NCBI RefSeq assembly: GCF_008831285.2
Contig: NC_045138.2
Coordinates: forward strand, 14,880,001-14,944,000
DNA from: Nymphaea colorata
Lineage: Eukaryota
DNA: 64,000 nt
Reading direction: 5' to 3'
Both the position numbers and the translations under genes were made by a program. Positions within the stretch are counted from its first letter, which is position 1; every line of letters starts with the position of its first letter. The notes beneath the pieces were generated by a model. It did not search any database. It saw nothing but the letters and a program-made list of their open reading frames with translations, and was not told the DNA's origin. Positions 1 through 11,226 of this stretch are shown here, piece after piece.

Positions 1-530
1 AAAATCCTAAACCAGGCAAGGCTAGGGAAACCACCCAAAGTCAGAGAAGTGTTCGCCTTAGAAGAATAAGGCTAACTATACCAGTGTTCCAGTTCTTGAA
101 GCCAGAAATTGTCACTCCCAACCTTGACAGGATTGTCATTACACGTTTGATAATAATTCCTTTGCTGTATGAGGAAAAGTCAGGGAAGCACCTTGACGAC
201 GCTGACACTCTTTGGCGTGGATTCTCCTCGATGCATTCTTTCATTTCTTTCACAAGAATAATCTTGCAGTGTGGCAGCTTTCACAAGGCCAACAAGACTA
301 CTTGGAGGAGAAGGATAAAATCATGGTTGGTGTGGGATTTCCTTACTCAAAAATTGATATTGAGAAGGTCCTAGTGGCCATTCCTAATGCAAGACGGTGC
401 AAGGAGAGCACACCTTTGATGGTAAAGAATGCATATATACCGATATGGAGGGCCACTCTTAAAGGTTTGGGCATATGCTGTTGGGGAGGGTCTTGGAAGG
501 GATCTTGAGAGTTGGAGGGAGATCATCTTT
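1..530 (-). mobile_element. Degenerate LINE (L1-like) ORF1 remnant, runs off window start
   Basis: Minus-strand fragments across frameshifts and stops read ...PSPTAYAQTFKS..., SSLVGLVK..., KEMKECIEEN, VGSDNFWLQ.., LWVV/FPSL, resembling the SYA / LVG / W..(P)VWV.FP.LP layout of plant L1 ORF1 (DUF4283). Recognised by eye only. Confidence 0.4.
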
Positions 531-578
531 CTATCTTGTTGTCCTGAACCAAGCAGCGGTCTAGACACACAGAAAGCT

Positions 579-1700
579 ATGGTGAACCAGGCAGTGGGCT
601 TAGAATAGTTAATAAATTCCGACATTACCTCTGAAGTTTGGGTCACTATCGACATTAGTAGATGCCCCAAATTGGTAAGTGAAAATGTTGAGTTGCATGG
701 GCTGGTTTTCCACGAACAAGTTACGAGGGGGTACGAGCGATTGCAAGGAAGCTCAAAGTGGGAATGGATTGTGAGTGTGACTGGATCAGAGGGAAGAACG
801 TTAGCCATGCATTCCATTGACCCTTCTCATGTGAAGGTTCGTGTGACAGGTAAGTGTTACGATGATACATCGATTTTGCAAGTTTCAATCACAGATTGCT
901 TTGACCATGGACCTCTTGAGAAAAAAACTCATTTTTTGGAAATGGAGTTCTACTCTATCTTGGGTGATAGTTCACTCTCTTCACCTAAAGCCAAAATATC
1001 ATTTATATAGTCCATATCATCTTTGACTTACTCAAAAGTGAGATTAGTTGAAGCCGAGCAGTTTCACTGATCGATGCTTACCTATCCAACTCTGGCACAT
1101 GCCTTAATGCATGTTATGGAACATGCTGGTGGGGGAAGAGTGATTTCCCAGTCTTGTGGGATGGAAGATAAAAACATGCCCTATAATTATTTTGTTATCA
1201 TTGCATCTGGTTAGGAAAGGGTGGACACGAGAGACTACTTATTGTGGAGCCTGTAGTTTCCCTGAGCATGAATTTGAAGACATGCCTTATGAAGAAACTA
1301 TACAATCCATGGTGCAAGGAGAAAGGGAGGGCGTTAAGGGTCTTGAGCAGTTCAGCTGGTCAGAACCAACACCTTATTTGGATCACACACTTTGGTTTTT
1401 CCATCCTCAAGTGACAACCCCATTATGCCGACTTGCTGAAATCCAAGGAATGGCTGCTCACTATAGTAAGTACACTCACTTGATTACGTGTAAAAAGGAG
1501 CATCCAAGAATGCATTGTGGTGCCGATCAGTGGGTTAAATTGCAGGCCTTCAAGGAAGATGCATGCTTGGGCAATTGTAGAACAACATACTTCTTCACAC
1601 ATATTGTCATGAGACACATTATCTTGGCAGTTGCATTTACAACATGTAGATGGGAAATGCAGCACAAGTTGGCATGGAAGGACTCGTCTCACCCATTAGC
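579..1700 (+). pseudogene. Decayed ORF of unknown family, probably TE-borne
   Basis: ATG at 579 is in frame with ORF 672-1010; the frame continues through isolated stops, then apparently shifts into ORF 1156-1776. Protein-like composition (W/C/H rich), no recognised domain. Confidence 0.3.
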
Positions 1701-1727
1701 GATTCATACTCCGCCACTCACACCCAT

Positions 1728-2837
1728 TAGCGGTACCAGTGCGGGTGCGGCGCAGGTGTGGTCAACACAACACTGAGTACGGTCAACGTACCTGGGGTAA
1801 TTTTTAACCATTTTCAGACTTGGTCAACTTTGACCAAGTCCAAATTTGTCTGGTTTTGAATTTTAACGTTTTTTTTTTAAATTTTAACGTTTTAAACAAT
1901 TTTCATGTTAAAATCTTCGAAACCTTTAGACATATTTTCGTTTCGTCGACTACGTTTCTTCCTCTTCATCGAAGACCGACGATGCTTCACCGAAAACCAA
2001 CGATGGCAGGTGAACGGCGAGTGGCGACGGCATGCGGCAAATGGTGAGTGGCGACAGCAGGCGGCGAGCGGCGAGCCAATCTTCTTGGTATTTGCTTGCT
2101 TTCATCATCTACTCGTGTGTTGAGCCTTCCATCATCTCCGGTGCCGGTGGACCAGATGCCGACTTCGAGGAACAATGCTCTCTCTCTCTGTTGGATGACT
2201 TTTGTTTCTCTCGTCTGAGGAATACGTTTGACCCTTTTTTCCCGATTCTTTGTTTGATTTCTGTCTCGATTCTTTCTTCACTTTTTTCCTCTTTTGTTTT
2301 ATTGCTTGGTGATTCTTAGTTCTTAATCCTTGTTCTATCTTCTATGCTGATTTTACATGCTTGATTGTCGCAATCTATCGTTCTTATCCCTAGGTTGGTT
2401 TACAGTTGCTACTTTGAACTAGAAATTTGTTGACTATGATGTTCGTGTTCGTAGTCAATAGTCATGACTTTCTTGACCTCATTATGTTGGTGTAAGTACG
2501 TGGTTCTGTTGTTATTCTTGGGAAATGCCTGCTCTTCGTTGTTTATGTGGCTTTCAATTGGTTTTTCCTCTTTATAGGTGACAGAGACTGCTGATTTTCA
2601 AAAGGATCTCTAGTAGTATGATAGTATCTATAAATTTTGGATCATGATTTATGAATATGTTATTTTGTTTGTAAGTTTTTGATATATATATGTGTGAATA
2701 TGTTATTATGTTTGAAATTTTTTGACATATATATATGTGCATGTGTGTGTACGGTCGTACCCTCGCACCAAAGTTTTTTAAAAATGGTCCGTACCCACAC
2801 CCGCACCCATACCCGTACCCGTACCTATGTGACATAG
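1728..2837. mobile_element. Non-autonomous hAT-like element, left end truncated
   Basis: GTACC/GCACC-type subterminal repeats in inverted orientation at both ends (1730-1795 and 2750-2825), internal GC-rich CGGCGAG repeats, and terminus CTATGTGACATAG (2825-2837). No matching left TIR or TSD found. Confidence 0.55.
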
Positions 2838-3083
2838 GTTAAAAGAAAGTAAAGATAAAAACAAAAAATTTGAAAAACATGCCTTTTTTGGAAAAAAAGT
2901 TTGTAATATATTTATGGCCTTTTTGCTCATCTTTCTCTTGATTTTTGTTTGTTTTTCTCTTTTTTAAGGTTAGTGACATCATGGATTCACCTTTGAGCTT
3001 AAATGAATTTATTTATTATCATTCTTAGCGTAAACACATAGCTGCACATGTGGTGATATTTTTGAAAATATCGTTATATTAAC

Positions 3084-4143
3084 CATAGTCACAAAAAACC
3101 CTTTTTTTTGAAAAAAAAATGATAAATTAAATTGCTGTTTAAAACTAAAAAATGCATTTTTCCTTTTTTTTTTATTTTTTCACTTCTTTCATTTTGTTCA
3201 ATTTTTTAATGCTAAACAGTTTTTTTTTTCATTTTCATTTTTTTATTTGTTACAAATCTACTTATCTTCTTATGTTTGTGTTATTAACTTCTCACTTATT
3301 TTCCCCCATTTTTAGTTTTTTTATATTTTTAAAAATTTACCATATTTTCCTCCTTTTTTTCAAGCTCGCCGTATTATACTCGAGAAAAACCTCACTGTTT
3401 AAAACTCCGAAACAATGTTATAAAAGGCGTAGCGTATCGCGTATCGGTCGGGCCGACTTATACGCCGTATCGTAACGTATCGCAAACGTTGCGTAGCGTA
3501 TCGTAAAATTAATTTTTTAATTTTAAAAAATATTTTAAAATCATAAAAATAGAAAAAAATCATTAAAAATCTGAAAAAAATGAACAAAAAATAAGAAAAT
3601 AAGAAAAATGTATTCAAATATAAAAAAGATCATCATACATAAGGAACATTCATGTGTATTAACTACACATTCAAAAGTAAGAAATCAAATTTTCAAGAAT
3701 AACATATAAGCATCCATCACGATTTTAAACTTGAAAATTTTATAGAATATTAGGACTTAGAGTCTTAGGAATTGGAGTTTTAGGACTTAGATTACATCAC
3801 AATTTTATAAGTTCAAAACATATAGTTATCATCTTTCCTGATTCAATGATAATATCTTCCAAATTGATGAATCCTTGGTTATTTTTGATGAAAACGGGCA
3901 AAATCTATCCCTCCTACGTCTATTGGAGTCTTTAAATACAAGAAGAGAGAGGGGGAGGAGTGTTTAAACTTTTAAAAAATAAAGAAATATATGTTTTCTT
4001 CCGTATCGTACGATACGGACGCGTATCGTGTTTCAAACACGTATCGTATAAGTTTTCTTGACCTATACGATACGTATCGTACGATACGCGCTCATATCGT
4101 ACGATACAAATAACATTGCTCCGAAACATTATTTGTGATTATG
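3084..4143. mobile_element. Middle non-autonomous hAT (CATAG-family) MITE
   Basis: TIRs CATAGTCACAAA / TTTGTGATTATG; perfect 8-bp TSD ATATTAAC (3076-3083, 4144-4151). Confidence 0.85.
3413..4118. mobile_element. Inner non-autonomous hAT MITE with CGTAT/ATACG subterminal repeats
   Basis: TIRs CAATGTTAT / ATAACATTG; perfect 8-bp TSD CTCCGAAA (3405-3412, 4119-4126); dense CGTATCG/CGATACG repeats near both ends. Confidence 0.9.
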
Positions 4144-4938
4144 ATATTAACAAAAAAAGGAGATAGAAAAAACAGTAAAATATTGCAATATTTTGAAAAA
4201 AGACGTTGAAAAATTTGTTTTTACTTTTTCCAACTTTTGTTTTGTTATTTTATTTCCTCTTGTTTTAGGTTTTCATGTATCTTTACCTAATGTTTGAATT
4301 TTTTATTTTTTTGAAATACTCCGATTTTCCAAAAAAGAGAACTTTGTCAAAAAAGAAAACCTGAGAACGATCTTTGTGGCTATGTTTAAACATTATTTTT
4401 ACCTATTTTTTTGGATTTTTTTATTTCTGAAACATTTGTTGAGATTTTCCAAAATTTTCTCAAGAAACACAATTTTGCCAAAAAATACTCGAGAAACTTC
4501 GCTGCTAAAAACCTGAGAACATTATTTGTGGCTATGTTTCAGACTGACGTTTAAGTTGTCCACGAATGGTGATAATAGCTATGAACAATTGACGAGCTCT
4601 AGTTTCATGATTTATCCAAAATAGTACACAACGTATTTGTAGCCACACACAATCAGTGCCCTAGCAGTGGCCAATCTGCACCCGCACCTAAGTCGACTTG
4701 ACTAGGGTGTAGCAACCTTTTTGAAGGGTCTGTGTTACTTATATTGATATGTTCGTTGGCAAGCATGATGGCCCTTGATGCCTTTTTATTATGATTTGAT
4801 TTAAGTCTTTTTCTTTTTGTTATTTGAGTAGAAAATACATTACTTGTTCTAGTTTTACTATAGTGGCAACTATGTTGGACTTTGTCAATTATTTGTCATT
4901 TGTCGACTATCTTTATTACCTTAGACTTTTCTTATTTG

Positions 4939-5337
4939 TGATGCAGTGTGGTTTAAGAAGATCAGATCTCAGATTTAGATCCAGTTAGACTCTAGATTTG
5001 GTCTTATTTAGCATTGATATTATTTTGGATTTGGACCCCCTTTGTTTGGTGGATCTGATATCCAATTCGAATTGAGGGTTCAGGCCTCTTCAAAAGCCTT
5101 TTTTTCTTTTGTTTTAGACTAACTGATGTTGAAAAAAAACCTAATTCCCTTTTGTTATTGAATTCTCTTTTCTTAGTGTTTTCCCTTTCATTCTTTGCTT
5201 TTTGGTGCTTTTCTAGCGGGGATTAGAATCAGAAAATCTTTTCTCTTTTCTTTTGTTTTAGGCTAATTGATGATGAAATATAAAGGTCTACTCTAACTGG
5301 ATCCGAATCTGGGATGTCACTAAACCACACTGCGTCA
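4939..5337. mobile_element. Solo LTR (399 bp)
   Basis: TG...CA termini; 17-bp terminal inverted repeat TGATGCAGTGTGGTTTA / TAAACCACACTGCGTCA (1 mismatch); perfect 5-bp TSD ATTTG (4934-4938, 5338-5342). Confidence 0.8.
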
Positions 5338-5465
5338 ATTTGCCAGTAATTTCCTCTTTTCTTTTGTTTTAAAGTTGGGTTGTGCAGAAGTTTATTGGAA
5401 TTTGAGAACTGCCATTAGAAGTGTTCTCCTTTTCACTTTTGTTCTTTTCCCACCCTCAATTGCAG

Positions 5466-6032
5466 TTATTGTCTTGGTGAAGTGAAATGGAGTGGTATAG
5501 AAGTCAATTGGCATTGTGAAAGTTGCTGTTTGAAGTGCTCTGAAATTACTCCTTCAATCGACAAGCAAGATCTTGTTGCTAATGAAGTGAAAGAGGACAA
5601 TGCCATGGGCACTTCCAGACTACTGGCTAATGTGAAACAAACTTCTGTTGCAAATATGAATATGGTTAGAAAAGTTGGCAGCAAAAGGAGACGAAGGAGA
5701 TTAATTTTGGAGGATGAGGATGTAGATGAGGATGTGGTGCCACGAGAGGCTGGTTTGAATGTGGATGAGAATAAAAATCCTGAAGTTGAAACTGATAGGA
5801 ATTATCAAAATTTGGTGAATCTGGAGCCTGATGTGGATTATGCAAATGGTGTTAAGAAACTTGACATGAGAGGTTGCACATTTCCTGAGTCATCATCTAG
5901 AGATGTTAACAATGATTTGGGTCAAAGTCTGGGCTTGGAAGGTAATGTATGCGAGAATATTTCATGCAACCCAACGTTGGATGAAGCTTCTAACTACATG
6001 GAAGGCTGGCCATTGTTTGAGCCAGTGTGGAG
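5466..6032 (+). CDS. PHD finger + AIPP2-like SPOC protein, first visible exon (C-terminal half of PHD finger plus linker)
   Basis: TTGCAG acceptor at 5465; translates YCLGEVKWSGIEVNWHCESC (second half of a PHD finger), basic KRRRRRL, ends PLFEPVW with AG|GTAC donor. 5' exon(s) not found in the window. Confidence 0.85.
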
Positions 6033-6193
6033 GTACATAAATGTCTTTATCATAATATCTCTTCTTTGGAGTCTTCATTTTTTTTTTGGGAAATTTGGGA
6101 ATGTGAGTATTAATTCACTATTTTCCATTAAATTAAGAAATGAATACACTGTTAAATGCAATCTTGAACTAAGGATCTCTCAAAATATGTGTA

Positions 6194-6246
<53 letters not shown>

Positions 6247-7130
6247 CTTTGTGTATTTATATCTCTCAAACCATTATAATCAAGTTCAGGTTCATGGAGA
6301 TTTACACTATTCTTTTTACTGAATTTAGTGAACCAGTTGTACGGTTAAGGTGAGGTTATGATGAACAGTTGAAAAAATAAATAGAGCAAATTTGAAAGAA
6401 GTTCCAACCAAGAAAGTGGATCGATTTAGTGAAAGGTGTTATAAACCCCCTTTTTTTTAAAAAAAAAAAAAAACAGTTTTGGGTTCCCTTAAGGTTTTAC
6501 AGAGGTTGCATTGTACAAAACGATGCAACATGGGTGTCCTACACCCTCATACCTTGCAACATGGGTGTATCACAGAACCTGATTGCTATGTTACATATAG
6601 TAAGTTTCAGCTTTAGTTGGTTAGCTTCATTAAATTTGATGTTCTAATAGTTGGATAGTTGTCTGCTTTGTTAGTGCCTAAGTTGGAATACTAGACTAGA
6701 AAAATAAGTGTAGTTTATTGACGTATAACTTGCAATATAGCCTTGAGCTGTCGAGGCCAAGGAAAAAGTTATACGATTTAGTACAATGGGAAGTTACATG
6801 ATAGTCATGTATTTCAGCTCCCAAAAGTTATAGGAGCAAAACATGCAAATGAAGCCCAAGCCTCGCTGAAATCCAACGGCCATTTAGGCTCCTAGAAAAT
6901 GCTACCTCTGAGACTTGTTTCGCAGAGCTGTAATAATTCAGGTGGTGATTAATTTTTAACTCTCTTCGATGAAAACTTGCTGTTTAGATTTTTCTTTAAG
7001 AAAGTCCTTGTTTAAATTCTTTTCTCAGGAGTAGATGGCAATGCTATTTGTTCTTGATATTTTTGGGGTACTTGAATATAAAGGTGAAGTTCTTTTTGTT
7101 CTGAAAATCTTGTCTTCCTACTATTTGCAG

Positions 7131-7349
7131 TGGAAGCTTTTGTATTCGCGGCTACCGGTATGGTGAAATGAGAGCTCACTTGTCAAACACAGCATGTGAA
7201 AAAGTTTTTCTTGTGGCAAGAAGTATGCCTACAAGGCTTTCTATACACGTCCATCAAAGATCTGATGTTTGGCCTAAAAGCTTTCAGAAATCTCCTCCCC
7301 ATGGTGGACATATTGCTTTATATTTTTTCCCCAACTCCAACTCTGGAAA
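7131..7349 (+). CDS. PHD + AIPP2-like SPOC protein exon (SPOC domain)
   Basis: TTGCAG acceptor, AA|GTAAGT donor; W-S-GSF...RAHLSNTACEKV...DVWPKSF...HIALYFFP motifs typical of AIPP2-like SPOC. Confidence 0.9.
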
Positions 7350-7506
7350 GTAAGTTTTTTTTTTTCCATTTTGTTTTTGTGGGTAGGGAGTCGTGTTGTT
7401 ATCAGAGCGGAGGGGTGGTTAGATTCTTCTTCATGGACGACACATACTGTTTTTCATCAGTAGTTTAAGGACCTGATTGGTTTCACTGCCTGTGTGTATT
7501 TTGAAG

Positions 7507-7631
7507 GGATGAGCATTCATTTGAGATGCTTTTGGATGATTTAATCACTTCTGATCTCGCTTTAAAGGTCTGTTTTGATGATTCGGAGCTGCTGGTGTTC
7601 CCTTCCCTTCAGTTGCCAGAACCATACCACC
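7507..7631 (+). CDS. PHD + AIPP2-like SPOC protein exon (SPOC domain)
   Basis: GAAG acceptor, C|GTACGT donor; DEHSFEMLLDDLITSDLALKVCFDDSELLVFPSLQLPEPYH; phases match flanking exons. Confidence 0.9.
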
Positions 7632-8077
7632 GTACGTATCCGAACTTCTTGTTCAAGATTTCTGTTGTTTGAGTATCTTGTGATCAGCTTGTGGAACCAT
7701 CTGTAATGTGAACATGAGCTGGCTCATAAAAAGGAAGCCTGTTAGTTAACTGTCATCAGGTGTTTCTTTTCTTTCGTTAAGTACCTGGTACAAACATATT
7801 TATTTATTTTTGTCACCTAAAAGAATCATATAGCTTTCATCAGGTAATTTTTGGCTGGGGTTTGGTCCGTAGTACACAAAACTTATTATTTTTTGTCACC
7901 TAATACAAGACAACTGTCTTGAGGTCCTTTTCATTATGTTGATTCCTTTTGTTTAATTTCATACTCTCCTTGTATCTAGTTTTCCATGGTGATTATTGGT
8001 TTACCGTCTCATTTAATATGAGTTTACAATTTCAGCTGCTGTCCAGATGTGACTCCTTGTTGGGATTATCTAAGGAC

Positions 8078-8422
8078 CATAGTCACTTTTTTTTAAAAAA
8101 AACCCCAATAAGAACTGCCTTAAACTCCAAAATGTTATTTTTTTTACATTTTTTTCTTTTTGATCATGTTTTTATTATTATTTTTATGTTATTTTGCTTT
8201 AAATTTTAAAACAAGTTAAATTTATTTATCTTCATTTACGTTGTTAGTAAAACTATGTTTTCTTGTTAGTTTTTCATTTATTTTACTTCTTAAATTTTAG
8301 GATTTTTTTTTTTAAATTTCTGAAAAGGTTGTCTATTTTTTCCCGCAATTTTCAACTTTGTGAAAAAACTTCCCGAAAAGAGCCTAACCATTAAAAACTT
8401 GTTAACAATATTCATGGCTATG
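8078..8422. mobile_element. Intronic CATAG-family hAT MITE
   Basis: Termini CATAGTCAC / ATGGCTATG; degenerate 8-bp TSD CTAAGGAC / CTCAGGAT; same family as 3084-4143. Confidence 0.7.
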
Positions 8423-8806
8423 CTCAGGATGTAGTCGTGAGGAATTATCTCATGTGCTATCTCTTTCATGTCAAAGTCTTCCTTTTGATGGTGCTTCAAT
8501 TTGGATGTTCTTTCTAGTTATCTAACTTTATAATGTTACCTAGACAATTGTAGTAGTCGTTCATTCTTGAAGTGTTTGATTGCTTTTATCCCCAACTTTA
8601 TAATGTCACCTACACTTATCGAACCCTAGGAATATGATTCAAGCTCAAATTATGCAGCAAAATGAAGCTGGGTTAATGTTGACATATGTTGGTCTTGTTT
8701 CGTATATGGTACCTATAGGGAGTAAGAAGGAAAGGTCGATCAAATTATTTTCTGGAGTGGACTGTTTTTGATTAGTTATGGGCATTACGTGTTCTGTATG
8801 TCACAG

Positions 8807-9522
8807 GTTTTCATCAAAGATATTACATATGGGGGGTTTTCAAAAATAAGTCAAGCGATGGATTGCCTCATATTGATGGAAGTTTGCGAAAAGGAAGAGC
8901 CAGCTTGCACTCATCGGATCACTTGCCCGGAAGAATAATCGATTCAGTTGATTCTTTGCCTTCCATAATCTCCTCTCCATCTTTATGTTCACCTACACCT
9001 GATGATATACAGCCGCATGGAATGGTGGATTCAGTCAAAATCAAACTTAGGAGCGGAAGCAAGGATTCTGTTATGTGCAAAATGGTGCTTCCACACGCAT
9101 GCTTATCACATCCTCAACAATTGGAGCCTAGCCATTGTGAAATAAAAAAGCTTCAAAGGGATGAGGTGACTGAGAACGTGCTTCTTCCTTTGGATATGAA
9201 GACCTGCAACTCCGTGCTGAAAAGGAGCGGATTGTGCCAGCAAGACTGTAATTCTAGCTTTGAGTTTCCTGTTTTTTCAAATGCAGAGGATGGCGTCCCT
9301 ATAGTAGGGAATCGTCAACCTGAACTTGGTGAGGTGCAAGATGATACATCCAACTGTTTGAATCTTTTCCCACTTGCAGGTGAGGATCTTGCTGTAATGG
9401 TTAGAATGGGGGACAATAGTGGGATTAGTCTTGAACTGGGGCTCAGTCGGATGACTGCGAAGCGGGGTGGTAGTTATAAGAATACAAAGCCTCTGGAACC
9501 TGGAAGAAGTTTACTATGCTGA
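8807..9522 (+). CDS. PHD + AIPP2-like SPOC protein, last exon
   Basis: CACAG acceptor; RFHQRYYIWGVF completes the SPOC domain; open to TGA at 9520-9522; C-terminal LNLFP and LELGLS motifs. Confidence 0.88.
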
Positions 9523-10955
9523 TTTCATGATTCCCACGATTCCGGTTGAGCTTTTGAGGTGACGAATGTCTTGACTCGAGTCAAGAATCATTTTTGGCTT
9601 CTGCTCGATCCGAGTTTCTGCCTTCTCACTCAATTTTCATTTGTATTAACACAGCCCGCTTCCGCGTTTCACTAGAAGAGCCAAAGAGATCCAGATAGTG
9701 TAAAGTATTTGGCCAAATTGAGGTGCAGAAGCAGGTTGCATTTGTTATATGACTATTGTTGTACAGTTTGTGAAGATATTTGCATCTAGTAGCCTGGAGC
9801 ATACAAATTTAGGGACGATCGCGTAGACTTTTGCAGTGACTTTTTCCAAACTGCCAAACCTTGTCTAACGGATCATCTATCGAAGGCTTCCACGTGTATG
9901 ATTGATGATGGGTGGGCAGTAGGGTCCGTTTACATTGCGGGGGAAGGAATTCAATTTGGATTTGGATTGTGCTTGTGCAAATGATTGGTTCTAAAAAAGC
10001 GTATTAACAATATAATTGCCTGCCCTTTTATGATGACAAGGAACCTTCCAAGCAACCGTGAGACTTTTGTCTACCGTTCAATATCCGATGTGCCAATGTT
10101 GACCGATTGATCTGTCCCTGTAATTGAACCTTCTAGGTGTTATCTAGGCATTTGATTTAGCATATATGAATTTTAGTTCCTCCACTTGTTCTGGAATGCT
10201 TCTTCAAGTAAGTGGGAGAAGGCAGGTACGTCCGTTCGATTCTTGGGATCCCTGATCCCTCTCATTGTAGCAATCCAACCTACTCCAAATGCTAAGCTCA
10301 ATTTTTTTGTATGGCCGGTTAGCAGTTTTGGTTTTAGTTCCAAAAAGTTAGTTTTAGTTCCAAAAAGTTATAAACTAGTTCAATCGATCATTTATAAGTC
10401 CTTGAAAGTAATGAGATTAAACAACCCACATCCTTCCAAACATGCTCATCCGCATGTGGGACTCTCCAAGGTAGCATACTATACTGCTTGAGTACATCAT
10501 CATCTAACGGTTTTATTTATGATCTAAATAAGAATATTAACTAGGATAACTAATCACTTAACCAAGTCTTTTTTAAGTCGGTTAGTGATTTAATTTAATA
10601 CATGACTAAATTTAATCAGTAGGTTATTACATGCACACGTTAAAAGAAGCATCTACTGTTCAGCAGCCGGCCGGGGCAGTAGCTTTGTCTAATCTTTTTT
10701 CTTTCTTTCTTTCTTTTTTTTTTGAACGGTTGGATCTTGGAATAAGTACAGCAATTGTAAATCCTCGTTCTGAAACTGATTTATTTGGATTCCTATCAGT
10801 AAAAACCTCGCTTGAGTTCAAAATATTTGGTTCTACACTGGATCTGGATTTGAATCTGCATAGTTCAAACCTGATGGTAAATAAGATAGAAGAAGGGAAA
10901 GGGTGTTATTGAGCTACAACAAGGTGGCAGTACTGTTCAGGTGAAGTGAATCCTA

Positions 10956-11057
10956 CCACGTCAGCCCTTTTTGCCACGTCATTACCCGCGCAATATTTCG
11001 CGGGAAAGGGAAAAAGGCAATTCCTCCGCCATTCCCCGCCCTCTTTTCCCGGCAAAA
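10956..11057 (+). promoter_or_regulatory. S-phase-type promoter of ATXR6-like gene (E2F sites and hexamer motifs)
   Basis: TTTCGCGGGAAA (10996-11007) holds E2F consensus sites on both strands; TTTTCCCGGCAAAA (11044-11057); CCACGTCA at 10956-10963 and 10974-10981. Confidence 0.7.
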
Positions 11058-11226
11058 ACCGTTGGCGCCGCCGCTCACCTCACAGAGAAAAGGAGGAAGA
11101 GAGGCGAGAGCGAGCGCGCGCGCGAGAGTGCGAGAGAGAGAGAGAGAGAAGGGTTGCCGTTTAACTCCCTCCCTCCCCATCTGCATGCGTGTTATGTTTT
11201 GATTGCTGCCGGTGGATCTTCCGGCC

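Larger units (their letters stand above)
3037..4384. mobile_element. Outer non-autonomous hAT (CATAG-family) MITE
   Basis: Termini CATAGC... / ...GGCTATG; degenerate 8-bp TSD CGTAAACA (3029-3036) / TTTAAACA (4385-4392), 6/8 match. Confidence 0.55.

Noticed and set aside
2470..2482. TTCTTGACCT (also at ~4056), resembling the tasiR-ARF core of TAS3
   Set aside because: Both lie inside hAT elements, the match stops at 10 nt, and no miR390 sites flank them.
3152..3617. F/I/K-rich ORFs in AT-rich repeats (also 7949-8499, 35345-35946)
   Set aside because: Translations of MITE and microsatellite low-complexity DNA.
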